A stretch of 64,000 nt of DNA from Mustelus asterias (Eukaryota): the NCBI RefSeq assembly GCF_964213995.1, contig NC_135806.1, positions 104,718,001 to 104,782,000 of the forward strand. Reading direction: 5' to 3'. The position numbers were made by a program, and so were the translations under genes. Below, in pieces: positions 36,987 through 49,558 of this stretch (positions are counted from its first letter, which is position 1; each line of letters starts with the position of its first letter). Under the pieces are notes generated by a model. That model did not search any database. It had not been told where the DNA came from and was given only the letters and a program-made list of their open reading frames with translations.

Positions 36987-39350
36987 CATGCAGAATTTAT
37001 ACGGCCTCTTCATTTGACTGATTTTAGCGTTCAGCTGAGCGAGACCCCTGCTGGGTGCAAGGTCAGTATGTATTTCAGTTAGCCTACATTTCTTAAAGGA
37101 AGCTTCTTAAAGGGAAGGTGCACTCATTGTAGGGATGTTACTGCTAACTACTTGTAATGCAAGGGTCTGCAGCTGACAACCTGGCAGCCTTGTCTCAAGA
37201 AGTTCAATGCCCTTTCATAGGTGGTTAAGGTCAGTGAATTAAGGTCAGTGGGTGCATCCTCACATTAGATCTCCAACATGATACATTCCCAACTTCTCAC
37301 ACTGCTCAATACACTGCACCCCTGTCAGTCACCCAGCAACACTGCTTGGACTCACACCTAACATCCAGATACCTCATCCTTACCCACGAGTCATTTCTTC
37401 CTGTTTGCACAAACCTCCCGCTATTCAGCTGCGGAAGGCAAATCACTCAAACACCTTTCAGCACAAAGTGACCCATGACCGCAGGGGGAAGAGCAGAACT
37501 GGAGGGCAACAGGCAAACCTGTATCACGTGAGCCTTCTGGACGAGACCGTGTTCCACAGCATGAGAATGACTGTCAACGAAACCATTGCATCTGACTTCT
37601 CTGAGACCGTTCGGGATGACATTACTTTTCTGTCTTATTCTCAAACACCAGCTCACCCTGATCCTGCTGTGTGACATGTGGAGAAGGCTGCAGGTAGTGT
37701 TGCTATGGGTGCTTTGCTTTCCACCCCATCCACCTTCGCTCACTCCTACCCTCCCTTTCTGTTTTCAGATACCTAAGAAGTATTGCCAGTCCAGCCGCTG
37801 GTATCTAGAATGAAGGGCCAGAAGAACAATGTTCCTCTCAGAAAGAAGTACTATCATTGGGGCAGGATTCTCCCAAAAAAATTCAAAGTGCCAAATTCAT
37901 GTAAAAACTGGAGTAGATCACGTTGGGTTTTCAAAATGAATCTCCCAAACCCTGAGCACTGCAGAGTGCACTAGCAGGATTCACGTTGAAAATCAGGGGA
38001 CGGGGACTATTCCTGCTGGTGAGGCCGGCAGCATAGCGCTGAGTGGGCCACTGCGCATGCACCGATCTGTCAGCACCGAGATCGGCGCATGTGCAGTAGA
38101 CCCGCACGGTCGGCCTCCTGATCGCTGTCCCCCCCCCACCCCCCCGACATCCCAATCGCTTGCTTCCCTGATGTCTCCAGGATAGCCCCAACCCAGCCCC
38201 TCCCTCCACTCCCCCGGTCCACCTTGATCTCCCCCCCATCCCCCTGCAGTCCCGATCTCTCGACCATCCCCCCACCAGCAGCCCCAACCCCCACACCCAC
38301 CCCCCACTCTGAAGGTTAGCCCTGATTGCTGTCCTCCCTCCCCCTGTCAGGAATATCCCACCTCCGCCAATCTCCTCGCCCCCCCCACAGGCCCCACCCC
38401 CAATAGGCCCCATCTCCTTGCACTGCCTGATGCCCAGTGGGCAGAGCTATGGTGCCCCTTGGGCATTGCCAGATTGCCCCTTGGGCAGCGCCAGGGGACC
38501 AGGCTGGCATTGCCAGGCTGGTAATGCCCAGGGGACACGTCCCCTTACCCCCAATCTCCTCAAGGGCATCCATGGCCTCCCTTCACTCCTGCAGGGTCAG
38601 GCCACCAGCTCCCCATTGGTAGAGAGTTGTTGTAAACCCTGCTGGAGTGAACCTCTCCTGGCAGTTGGGGAGAGGCTAATGGGTCCGGAGACTTTAGTCC
38701 CAGGCCCGCTAATCAGATTCAAATGAATGTTTAAATAGTTTAATCAGCTTCGCACCAATTTCTGGCGCAGAGCTGACAGCCCTGGAAATCCGGGGCTTGG
38801 AGATTCATGGAGGCCACGGCGCCCCACGGGAAGCTCGCTAAACAGCCTCCGCTTATGTCTCCCAGCCCGCTGCACTGCTCGATCAACACAGCGGGTTGGG
38901 GAGAATCACCCCCCCTGGTTTATCACTCACAGCCACCAGCTGAGATACTGGCACAGTGTGTACATTGGAGGGCAGTGTACAGTCATGAACGTCAGAATGG
39001 TAAGTGGGCATGAGTGAGCTACTGACAGGCTGGGAAGATAACACAGTTTATTTCCCATTTCCCCAAAGCACGAGGTTGCAGATGAGTTCTGCTACAGGAG
39101 GAAGTTGATGGGGTGGCGAGAGGTGGGTTCTGACGGTATGTGCATTGGTGCATTGGAAGGACTGTGAGATTCTTGACACTACCAATGATCGTGGAGAATC
39201 CATATCCAACTTTGGACAGAGCCTGGAGCCTAACCTTTCCAAAACTGGAAATGGAGGCCAACTCCACGACAGTAGTTGTGAATCTGCCTCTGATGCAGCA
39301 TCTGATCACCGAGGTCCCAACTTGCACTGCAGCACAGTGCAGCAATGTTT
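36987..39350 (+). mobile_element. Harbinger Myb/SANT-only remnant interrupted by a GC-rich element
   Basis: HKVTHDRRGKSRTGGQQANL parallels the 28243 exon; acceptor ttttcag|atacct parallels 28851. Confidence 0.55.
37859..38914. mobile_element. GC-rich non-autonomous Harbinger-type element (opposite orientation to 25492)
   Basis: TIRs ggggcaggattctccca / ggggagaatcacccc. Confidence 0.75.
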
Positions 39351-39752
39351 AAAGGATGTCCCCTTTAAAGAAAATAATAAAGATGTAAGAAACTGGTCAC
39401 AAAAAAGCAACTACATCAGCAAGACCGAGTAGAGGCAAAGAATAACATCTCGGCTAATCTGGAGTGACCACCCATCCAGAAAGCTATCTGGGAGATCAAA
39501 CCACCATTCCACATCCGGCCTGGGACATTCACTGTTTCTGAATTTCATGGCTGTGACCTGTCAGCAAACATAATATTTTTTAATGTCCTGTGACATGCTT
39601 AATGGATCAATGTAATGTGTTCACATTTCTTTTGCACAGTAGAGATTCAGTTTGAGTTGTTTAGCTTGTTGCAGCCTCTTGTGTGAAATAAGTGGCTTAC
39701 TACAATTTATAGTTTGTGGACTGTTTCAACAATATAATTGTTCTATTATATT

Positions 39753-40058
39753 GGCGGCACGGTGGCACAATGGTTAGCACTGCTGCCTCACAGGGATCCG
39801 GGTTCAATTCTCAGCTTGGGTCATTGTCTGTGTAGAGTTTGCACATTCTCCCCATGTCTGCGTGGGTTTCCTCCCACAGTCCAAAGATGTGCAGGTTAAG
39901 TGGATTGACCATGCTAAATTGACCCTAGTGACAGGGGATTAGCGTGGTAAATATGTGGGGTTACGGGAATAGGGCCTGGGTGGGATTGTGGTCGGTGCAG
40001 GCTCAATGGGCCGAATGGCCTCCTTCTGTACTGTAGGGCTTTGATGATTCTATTCTAT
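39753..40058 (+). mobile_element. HE1 V-SINE, type A
   Basis: ggcggcacggtggcacaatggttagcact head; gggccgaatggcctccttctgtactgtag tail. Confidence 0.88.
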
Positions 40059-40341
40059 GCAGAATTTCATCCCACCCTAAATCGAGGTTGAAGCTAAAAG
40101 TAAAGGCCGCCTGGACAATCGGCCCATCCACCAACCCATGTTAAATAGCTTTCAATTGGCCCCTTAATGGGCTTAATTGCCTGTTTAATTGTCGGTAGGA
40201 ATGCTTCTGACTCTCATGCGCATCCGCTGATTGAAATATCATGTGAATTACATCGGGACACGTGTCCTATATCTTCTCGTGTGATTTCACGTGCTTTCCG
40301 GTCAGATGCACGCCCGCCTGAGCAACGTAATATTCTGGCCC
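40059..40341. mobile_element. Decayed MITE
   Basis: Right TIR-like gtaatattctggccc; left end degenerate. Confidence 0.45.
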
Positions 40342-41169
40342 TAGAAGCAAAACCAAATCTTCTTGTTCTGAGAAGAGTTAAAAAATGGCTATTAGGGTAT
40401 TTTATTTTCATGAATTAAGTATCGCTAGTTGCTTATTGCTCTACATTTGTTATGATTATGTTAGTTGTAGTTTCTTCTTATGCTAAGACACCCCAATACC
40501 TCTCACAAGAAGAATCACTTTGAGTGCAGCAACTTTTCTTACAAATTGCATACATTTCCAGCCATCCCCATGAGCTTTGATTATCAATAAACCAGCACAG
40601 CCCCCTTGAGCTGGAACAATCATTAATTACAGCACTTTCGAGGTCTACATTAACCCACATCCTCATGAATCCTAAATCAGCATAAAACACTCGAATTTTT
40701 AGCTGTATAAAAGGATTATTTACTCAAAGCACATTTTGCTAATCCACACAGCTGTGACCATGCCCTTTTAATGTGTGTTTGGCGGGATTAACTCTTTTAG
40801 ACATTTCTGCCTGACATGAGAACTGAAGGAAATCCAAAGAGGGTTCAATCTACAGAATATGAACTAATCCTGATTTGATTTTATCTATTGATGAAAGAGT
40901 GTGAGCGAGATTTAACCCTATTACTGGAAGATGTATCTGAAAGTAATTTCCATCAACACTCCCAAGCCCTTTTCCAAAACATCTTAACTGTTTAGTCTGT
41001 TTAGATTAAATACCTCTCAATGCTTTTAAACACTTTTAAGAAAAAAGCAAGTTAATGAAAATTGTTGCTGACAGTTACTATTCAGGAATCTGGTACCAGT
41101 TGTGATTAAGCAACAAGTGCTGGCCTTGCCAACAACATTTACGCACATGAAAGAACAAAACAAAATTGG

Positions 41170-41935
41170 TGCTCAGAACCACGGAATAGTTATAACATAA
41201 AAGGAAGCCATTCATCTGTTATGTTTCCACTGGCTCTCTGTAAGAGCAATTTAGTGCCACACCCCTGCTTCATCCCCATTGCCCTACACATTATACCTCT
41301 TCAGATAGAAATCCAATCCCCTCTTGAACGTCTCGATTAAATCCTGCTTCCACCTTGCTCTGAGGCAATGCATTCCAGATCCTACCCACTGATTGCACGA
41401 ATAAGTTTTTCCACGTGTGGACCTTGTTTCTTTTTCCAATTACCTCAGATCTGTGTCCTCTTGTTCTTAATCCTTCCACCAATGTGAACAGTTTCTCCCT
41501 CTCTACTCCCTCCGGCCTCCTCATGATTTTGAATACCACGATCAAATCTCCTCTCAACCTTCTTGTCTCCAAGGAAAACAGTAACTGAAGTTCCTCATCC
41601 TTCTCATGGATCTTTTCTGCACCCCCTCTCATGTGATCTTTCCTAAAGTGTGGTGTCCAGAACTAGATGCAATACCTCAGTTGAGTCTATTCTATAGACG
41701 TTTAACATAATCTCCTTACTTTTATGCTCTATTAATAAAGCCTAGAATGCTGTATGATTTATTAACCACACTCTCAACCTGTCCTGCCACCTTCAGTGAT
41801 TTATGTATAGATGCACCCTGTTCCCTCTGCTTCTGCATCTCCTTTAGAATTGTTCCCTTTATTGTTTCTCTGTGTTCTTCCTGCATAATGAATCATTTCA
41901 CACTTCTCTACATTAAATTTTATCTGTTTCTTGTA
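41170..41935 (-). mobile_element. Old CR1 3' fragment
   Basis: LFSLETRRLRGDLIVVFKIM...RTRGH...RIWNALP. Confidence 0.8.
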
Positions 41936-43263
41936 CGTCCGTTCCGGACAAGTAACACTGATCACTATCAGGTGATGCGGCCCCTTTAAGGGGGCGATCC
42001 TTTGAGGACCGTGTGATTGGGTCAGACCCTATGGAGAGGCTCTGGGAGGTGGGAGGTGGGGGAGGGGGGTGGCTGACCCCGTCAGGAGCAAGGGTATGTA
42101 TTCTGGGATAGGAAGGAACCTCAGTTGAAGCCAGTGGGGAGAAGAGGGTAGATGAGTATAAGAACTAAGAACTAGGAGCAGGAGTAGGCCATCTGGCCCC
42201 TCGAGCCTGCTCCGCCATTCAATAAGATCATGGCTGATCTTTTTGTGGACTCAGCTCCACTTACCCGCCCGCTTACCATAACCCTTAATTCCTTTACTGT
42301 TCAAAAATTTATCTATCCTTGTCTTAAAAACATTCAATGAGGTAGCCTCAACTGCTTCACTGGACAGGGAATTCCACAGATTCACAAACCTTTGTGTGAA
42401 GAAGTTCCTCCTCAACTCAGTCCTAAATCTGCTTCTCCTTATTTTGAGGCTATGCCCCCTAGTTCTAGTTTCACCCACCAGTGGAAACAACTTCCCTGCT
42501 TCTATCTTATCTATTCCCTTCATAATCTTATATATTTCTATAAGATCTCCCCTCAAGTTTCTGAATTCCAATGAGTATAGCCCCAGTCTCCTCATAAGCC
42601 AACCCTCTCAACTCCGGATTCAACCTAGTGAATCTCCTCTGCACCCCCTCCAGTGACAGTATATCCTTTCTCAAGTAAGGAGCCCAAAACTGTACACAGC
42701 ACTCCAGGTGTGGCCTCAACAGCACCTTATACAGCTGCAACATAATCTCGCTGTTTTTAAACTCCATCCCTCTGGCAATGAAGGACAAAATTCCATTTGC
42801 CTTCTTAATTACCTGCTGCACCTGCAAACCAACTCCTTGAGATTCCTGCACAAGGACACCCAGGTCCCTCTGCACAGCAGCATGCTGCAACTTTTTACCA
42901 TTTAAATAATAGTCCATTTTGCTGTTATTCCTACCAAAATGAATGACCTCACATTTACCAACATTGTACTCCATCTGCCAGACCCTCACCCACTCACTTA
43001 GATTATCTATATCCATTTGTAGACTTTCATCGTCCTCTGCACACTTTGCTGTTCCACCCATTTTAGTGTCATCTGCGAATTTTGATACACTACACTTGGT
43101 CCCCAACTCCAAATCATCTATGTAAATCGTAAACAATTGCAGTCCCAACACTGGTCCCTGAGGCACACCACTATTGCAGTTCTGTCAGACCCTTAACTTG
43201 TATATATATTATTATTAATAAATCAATAACTTGAAGGTGTAATGAGCCACCTTCGACTTTACA
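41935..43263 (+). repeat. Probable solo LTR split by a CR1 insertion
   Basis: GC-rich U3-like left part; right part with aataaa and terminal ...ctttaca; left end uncertain. Confidence 0.4.
42158..43172 (-). mobile_element. CR1 3' ~1-kb fragment
   Basis: PQGPVLG, FADD and the C-terminus with a frameshift; (ttcttag)n tail. Confidence 0.92.
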
Positions 43264-43428
43264 ATAACCATAAAAATGTAACCTGTGCAACGTGCACTTT
43301 TGTAAGACACCCACCAGAAGCAAGTTAGCAACAAGGGCACACAAATTAAATAGATAACCTCAGCTTGATAGGGGAAATGAAAACTCAGGAATCTCATTGG
43401 TCTACAAAACCTTTGTTCTAATGTAACC

Positions 43429-43690
43429 AAAAGAGAAAATGCTGGAAAATCTCAGCAGGTCTGGCAGCATCTGTAAGGAAAGAAAAGAGCTGACTTTTCG
43501 GGTCCAGATGACCCTTTGTCAAAGCTTTGTTGGACTTTGACAAAGGATCATCTGGACTCGAAGGATCATCTGGACTCGAAACGTCAGCTCTTTTCTCTCC
43601 TTACAGATGCTACCAGGCCTGCTGAAATTTTCCCGCATTTTCTCTTTTAGTTTCAGATTCCAGCATCTGCAGTAATTTGCTTTTATTTTG
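43429..43690. mobile_element. Penelope-like element (second family), inverted terminal repeats
   Basis: aaagagaaaatgctggaaaatctcagcaggtctggcagcatctg and its reverse complement; hammerhead-like motifs. Confidence 0.75.
43488..43526 (-). ncRNA. Minimal hammerhead ribozyme motif with U3-A8 core
   Basis: AGCU UUGACAA A GGGUC AUCUG GACCC GAAA AG UC AGCU. Confidence 0.6.
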
Positions 43691-44664
43691 TTTTTACGTG
43701 CTGCATGGCCAGCTAGGATTTCAAAATGGGGTCCAAGATGCGCACATTCACATTCAATGGGAAGTGAGTAGGGCACCATCTTGGTAAAGGAGTGTGTGTG
43801 CGTATGTGTGTGCACGCGCACCAAATCACCACTGGGAGAATACAAAGCAGCCACAATCATGAAGTGAATCAATGTACCATTCTGATCTAAAGCCACTGCT
43901 GCCACTTTAGAACTCCATAGCTGGTAGATATACCAACTGAAGATTTGAACTCACCCTCTCACCTTGATAACTCATGTCAGATCATTAAAACATCTTCCTG
44001 CACTGCATCAATGTTCCTAGAGTGATGCTCCTGTCATAGATCTCTCCTATCACCTCCTCCCACTGCCTCCTGAACATATGTCTGGAGGTCTCCTGCCCAA
44101 TATCCATATGAAAGTCAGAATGCAATTCCCTCCCTGAGATTGGTTTGATGCTGGGGGAGCATTTAACCTTGTGGGAGGATGATTGGCCAGCTGCTTTAAG
44201 GGGAGGGATTTGTATCAGGCTTCTTGGTCCCAGGGAAGGCCCGCCCCTGCCCAGTTAAGTGCCTAATTAGTGACGTGAGGCTATCGCCAGCACTCCAGCC
44301 AACAGACAAGACCTCTGTTGCCTATGTTGCATTTCTATTTTTTGCACCAATCGAATAGTAAAGAACCTTATCAGGTGTTTTCACATGTTCCTCAAAGCAT
44401 CACAGCAAATAGTTTGTTTTCAAATTCCCACCACTTTTTACAGCCTGAACACACATCTCCTTTCAGAGGTGCAGACTCTTTCATTGTTAGATTGTCTCGG
44501 AGTGGCTTACTCTAGTAAGAGATCTGGCTGGAGGCAAATATCTTTGCTTACACGTTCTTTTGTTAACATAGCTAAGTATATACCAGTTTACGGAACATCT
44601 GGACAGAGTGATTGCTCCTCTCTTAGGTTCTTCTCACTCATCTCTCTCTGAGTGACATCAGTAT

Positions 44665-44958
44665 GATAGAACCATAGAATCCCTACATGCAGAAAGAGAC
44701 CATTTGGCCCATCAAGTCTGCTTTGAAGCTCCGAAAGAGCATCTTACCCAGGCCTACTCACCCTTGCCCTATCCCCGTAACCTCTTGCATTCACCAAGGC
44801 CAATCCACCTCACCTACACATCTTTGTACAGTGGGAGGGAGCTGGAACCCCTGGAGGAAACCCCTGGGCAGAACAGACAGTCATTCAAGGCTGGAACCGA
44901 ACCTGAGTCCCTGATGCTGTGAGGCAGCAGTGCTAACCACTGTGCCACTGTGCCACCC
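44665..44958 (-). mobile_element. Diverged HE1 V-SINE, type A
   Basis: gaggcagcagtgctaaccactgtgcc head; catagaatcc tail. Confidence 0.75.
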
Positions 44959-45032
44959 TTATGCACAGATATCCTTATGCACATGCTCAGTGGCCTTTAT
45001 TAGAGTTAACTCTTTACTCTACATCTATTCCT

Positions 45033-45132
45033 GCCGCCCCCCCACCCCACCGCCCCTCCCCCCCTCCCCCCCCGCCCCCCCGCCCCCCCTCCCCCTCCCC
45101 CCCCCCCCCCGCCCCCCCCGCCCCCCCGCCAC
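45033..45132. repeat. ~100-bp poly-C/poly-G tract
   Basis: Interrupted C homopolymer. Confidence 0.9.
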
Positions 45133-45433
45133 CTTTATCCCTATCTATTGTATATATGTTTTCCGATACAGCTGCCTTCAAGTAGTGCTAGCCGCTTGGG
45201 ACCCTGGGTCATTTGTTGATGCAGTCAGTGATATGTCCATGTAAGTAAAGTTCACAAATCACAGTGCAGCTGTGCTAACTTCAAATGAGTCATTCAGGGT
45301 CGTTCATTTGGAACGTAAAAGCCTAGCATCCACGGAGGTGTAATGTCATGGACATTGAGGAATGAGTTTTCTGATTGCAGCTTAAACTGCCATAAGAATG
45401 GTGACAATTTCTAATGTGGCGGCAGACTGAAAG

Positions 45434-45762
45434 TCATAGAATCATAGAAACCCTGCAGTGCAGAAAGAGGCCATCTGGCCCATCGAGTCTGCACCGACCA
45501 CAATCCCACCCAGGCCCTACCCCCATATCCCTACATATTTACCTGCTAATCCCTCTAATCTACGCATCTCAGGATACTAAGGGGCAATTTTAGCATGGCC
45601 AATCAACCTAACCCGCACATCTTTGGACTGTGGGAGGAAACCGGAGCACCCGGAGGAAACCCACGCAGACACGAGGAGAGTGTGCAAACTCCACCCAAGG
45701 AATCGAACCCAGGTCCCTGGAACTGTGAAGCAGCAGTGCTAACCACTGCGCTACCGTGCCAC
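45434..45762 (-). mobile_element. HE1 V-SINE, type A
   Basis: Near-identical to 10411-10759 with a small deletion. Confidence 0.9.
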
Positions 45763-46599
45763 CAAAGTCCATTGTGACTTTTTCCACAGTATTGTTTCTG
45801 CAAAGAATGAACAGTGACAGGTTATCTTATTTCATACACAACATTGGTTCCAATTATATTTATATAAAACAGTCAGAAATAGGACATTATGCAAAGAAAC
45901 TTTGAGCTTAATTTGATAGGTTGTGTGGGTTGCTGACTGCAGTAGAATGGATAGAATTTGGGATGGTGCATTTTAGGTAATTAAATTTGCAATATGATCA
46001 GTGAAAGGATAAATAGATTTAATGCAGAACCTGTACTTTCTGAATTTCAACAGGATTTGAATGCTGCATTTTCTGTCTATATATATCCTTTTTATTAGAT
46101 TTATACTCATTCAGAATGTTCTTCTTATGCACTTCCGACCTGTTTATAATTTCATCTTAAACAGTTATTTTCTGAATTCACAACTCAAATAGCAGCATGG
46201 CATTGGGCTATACTGGACTAGAAGCAGCTGTTTTATCAATGGCTGCTTAATGACCAACATGTTATTATATCTGTGGATTAATCAGACCATTTAGAATCTG
46301 AGTTAATGGAACTGTGTGTTTGTTGGGAAATATGTGTTCCATTTACTGCACATTTCAGAAAACGAACATATCCACAACGTCATTGTTAACTGATTTAGCC
46401 TTTTGCTTTTAAGAATGTTGCCTGTGAATGTTCTTTCCTTCACAGGAGTATTCCTCATTTGCTCTTCAATTGCGCAACCCAGCTTCAAGTCCTGTTGCAA
46501 ATCCTACTGCTTAGATGAGCTCCAACTCAAGTTTATCAGGCCCAGGAATCTGATCAACACCAACTGAAATCTGAGCAGCTGAAATTGGCAAAAAAATGA

Positions 46600-46865
46600 T
46601 TCAATTATCTCACTAGTCCCTCCACCAACCCCAGGAGTTCTGATCTTGAAGACAGGGAAGTGGTGACATTTTGAAATCATTACTGTTTTGACAGTGTACA
46701 GGAGGGATGAGATGCTGTCCAGGAGGCAGAAAACCCTCTGGGCAATGCCTACAACAGCAGCGGAAAAAGGTTATACAGGAGGTTAATGGGAGAAGATCTG
46801 TATCTAGGAAATTGTTGCAATGTGCTGAAACAAGTTCAGTAATCTCACCAGATCTGTCAAAGTAA
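46600..46865 (+). mobile_element. Decayed Harbinger Myb/SANT remnant
   Basis: PGGRKPSGQCLQQQRKKVIQEVNGRRSVSRKLLQC pattern parallels the 27740 exon. Confidence 0.45.
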
Positions 46866-47124
46866 GAAGGACAAGGGCAGCACCACCACCTGGAAATTCC
46901 CCTCCAAGTCACTCACCACTCTGACTTTGAAATATACCACCGTTTCTTCAGTGTCACTGAGTCAAAATTCTCGAGCTCTCCCCCGTACAGCAATGTGGGT
47001 TTACCTATACCAAATGGATTACAACTGTTCAAGAAGGCACCACTACCTTCTCAAGACAAATTAGGGATAGACAATAAAAGCTGGCCTAGCTAGTGATGCC
47101 CACATTCCATGAATTAATAAAAAA
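46866..47124 (+). mobile_element. 3' end of an L2/CR1-group LINE
   Basis: aattcccctccaagtcactcaccactctgact...ttcaagaaggca...gctggcctagctagtgatgcccacattccatgaattaataaaaa. Confidence 0.65.
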
Positions 47125-47457
47125 CGTAATTTACCTCTTGGCTCAACTATTCCATCCACATACAGGCACCACCTGAAGCCCCATGACTCACAATACTCCC
47201 CTCCCCACTTTAATTCACCTCCCACAATCACTGCTACACACTTCACACCACCACTTTCATCTCTTACCCACACACAGATTAGCACTGTGTGTAATTTAGA
47301 GGATAGGCTAAAGATGGGGTCTTCAGGTAATGAATCATGAGCCAGAAGAAGGCATGAGCTACAGAAGGATAATAAGATGCTATTTATCCCGTCTCACAGA
47401 ACCTCTGGCTCACACTGCTGCCATGGAAACTTACACAGCAGATATTGTGGTCCCAGG

Positions 47458-47650
47458 ACAAAGGCAGAAAATGCTGGAAAATCTCAGCAGGTTTGGCAGC
47501 GTCTGTGGAGAGGGAATAGAGCCAATGTTTCGAGTCTGGATGACCCGTCATCACAGCTAATAGCAAAGAACATCAGAAGAGATTTATAGTACGAGTGTGG
47601 GGATGGGGGGGCTGCAATTGGACAAAGGGAATATAAATGATGATAAAGAA
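47458..47650 (-). mobile_element. Penelope-like fragment (second family)
   Basis: gaaaatgctggaaaatctcagcagg; decayed hammerhead at 47520-47558. Confidence 0.65.
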
Positions 47651-47739
47651 AGGGTGATTCTGGACTCCACTGTTGACAGGAACTTCCAAGACAGCTGTTT
47701 AAGATCGCACACCACAGGACTAAAAGATTAGTGCGGCAG

Positions 47740-47928
47740 GCCAGGAGATTTCAGTGGGGCCAGATGAGCGCAATCCACGCTGGGTGTCCAGATCCGAGTG
47801 CATCTCCCAGTGCTAGATTTCTGGCGCCGTCAGAAATAGGCGCAGAGCTGAATTAGGCATGCAAAAGAGCATGCAAATCTAATTTAAATATCATCAGCGG
47901 GCCTGGAGACCACCCCCCACCTCCCACC

Positions 47929-47973
<45 letters not shown>

Positions 47974-48935
47974 ACCACCAGGAGTGTTTCACTCCAGCAG
48001 GGTTTACAGCAGCTCCCACTTTCAAGGAGCTAGCAGCCCGACCCTGCTAGCTAGGAGTGATGGGGGGACAAAGAGGGCTCCCTAGAGGGTTGGGCGCCCT
48101 AGGGCATTGGCATCCTGGCAGTGCCAGCCTGTGCTCCCTAGCACTGCTCAAGGGAAAAAGTGCCAATGCCCAAGGGGCACTAGGGAAAAAGTGCCAATGC
48201 CCAGGGGGCACTATAGCACTGCCCACTAGACATGGGGCAGTGCCAAGGGGGTGGGGCCTAACTGGGGCAAAACCTGATGGGGACAGGGCCACTGGGGGCA
48301 ATCGGTGGAGGGTCCCGCTGCCACTCTGCACTTTGGGATCCTGAGCAGAAGGAGGGAGGTCAGTGATCGGAGCTGGCCATCTGGGTGAGGGAGGACAGCC
48401 TGCTGGGGAGGGCGGGTAGTGATCTAGGTGGGCTGGGGGTAGGTGGGGGGCGTCGGGGCTGGGACCTGGCATGCTTGGAGGGGGGGGGGGGGGGGGTGCC
48501 AGCAATTGGGCCATGGGGGGGTCACATGGCTGGCGTTGCAGAGGTCGTGGGGCTGGCCAGTGATCGAGTTGGCCAGCAACTGGGAGGCCAGCAGAGGGGT
48601 CACTGTGTATGTGCCGATCTCGGTGCTGACAGATCAGTGCATGCACAATGGCCTGCTCAGGTCTATGCTGCCGGCCTCTCCTAGCTATGACTGTAACACC
48701 ACATTCTGCACTCTCTCCTTTCCTTCTCTATGAACAGTATGCTTTATCTATGTAGTGCGCAAGAAACAATACTTTTCACTGTATACTAATACATGTGACA
48801 ATAATAAGTCAAATCAAATCAAAATAGTACACTCTGCAGTGCACAGAATGCGGGAGATTCACTTTAGAACTCCCACTGAAAAAGCAGCATGACTTACTCC
48901 AGTTTTCACGCAAATGTTTTGGGAGAATCGCCCCC
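47740..48935. mobile_element. GC-rich non-autonomous Harbinger-type element with poly-C/(CA)n and a Rex1 tail inside
   Basis: Right TIR tgggagaatcgcccc; core cggtgctgacagatcagtgcatgcac shared with other copies; left end degenerate. Confidence 0.7.
48681..48824 (+). mobile_element. Rex1/Babar 3'UTR-only fragment
   Basis: ctagctatgactgtaacac...tgtgacaataataagtcaaatcaaatc. Confidence 0.85.
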
Positions 48936-49558
48936 CACATCTTTGTGAAGTGTCCTGGATGCAATCTCAGCCTGGTGCTCGATCTCAGTGAAGATATCAA
49001 GGCTGTAACCATTGACGAAGCAGTATGTCGGAACACAGCAATAGGTAAGTCAGTGCACCAGGCAGTTAGTAAAAACAATTCTTAAGTATTCCTTTTAAAT
49101 ATTAAACACAATGAAAATTGAATTGTCGGGTAAAACATTTTTTCTCCATTTGGTGTTGGTGTTAATATGTGTGATGAAGTAATGACAAGACTCATAAGGC
49201 TGGACCAAAGGAAGAGAATTGAGTGGTTATCATCGGGATGGTGTTGAGAAAGATTATGGGACCACTGGTATATTCAGTTGGGAAGGATGACTAATGTAAG
49301 TCCCCTAAACCATCATCTATGCACATTAAGGACAGAATGTTTTAAAAATGCCATGAAGTGGGGACTTTAGTGGATGTATCTGGGAGTGGACGTAACTGGG
49401 GGTGGCACAATTAATTGAGGAAATTCATGCTTATTGAAAATTTAGCATGAAGCAGTCTTAATCATTCCCTTGTAAATTTCCTTGGAAAGAAACAATGGAA
49501 CAATGAAACCCCAGGAAATGATAATAAAATTTGACTTTGCTCAAAAAATTATCCCCTC

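Noticed and set aside
44930-45244. Proline-rich (formin/WASP-like) ORFs here and at 48047-48646 and 59490-60151
   Set aside because: They are translations of poly-C tracts and GC-rich MITE interiors
49482-49558. Novel N-terminus on the 297-aa RT-like ORF (likewise 6897-6960)
   Set aside because: It is flanking DNA in frame with a 5'-truncated CR1, with a non-ATG start and no support for expression
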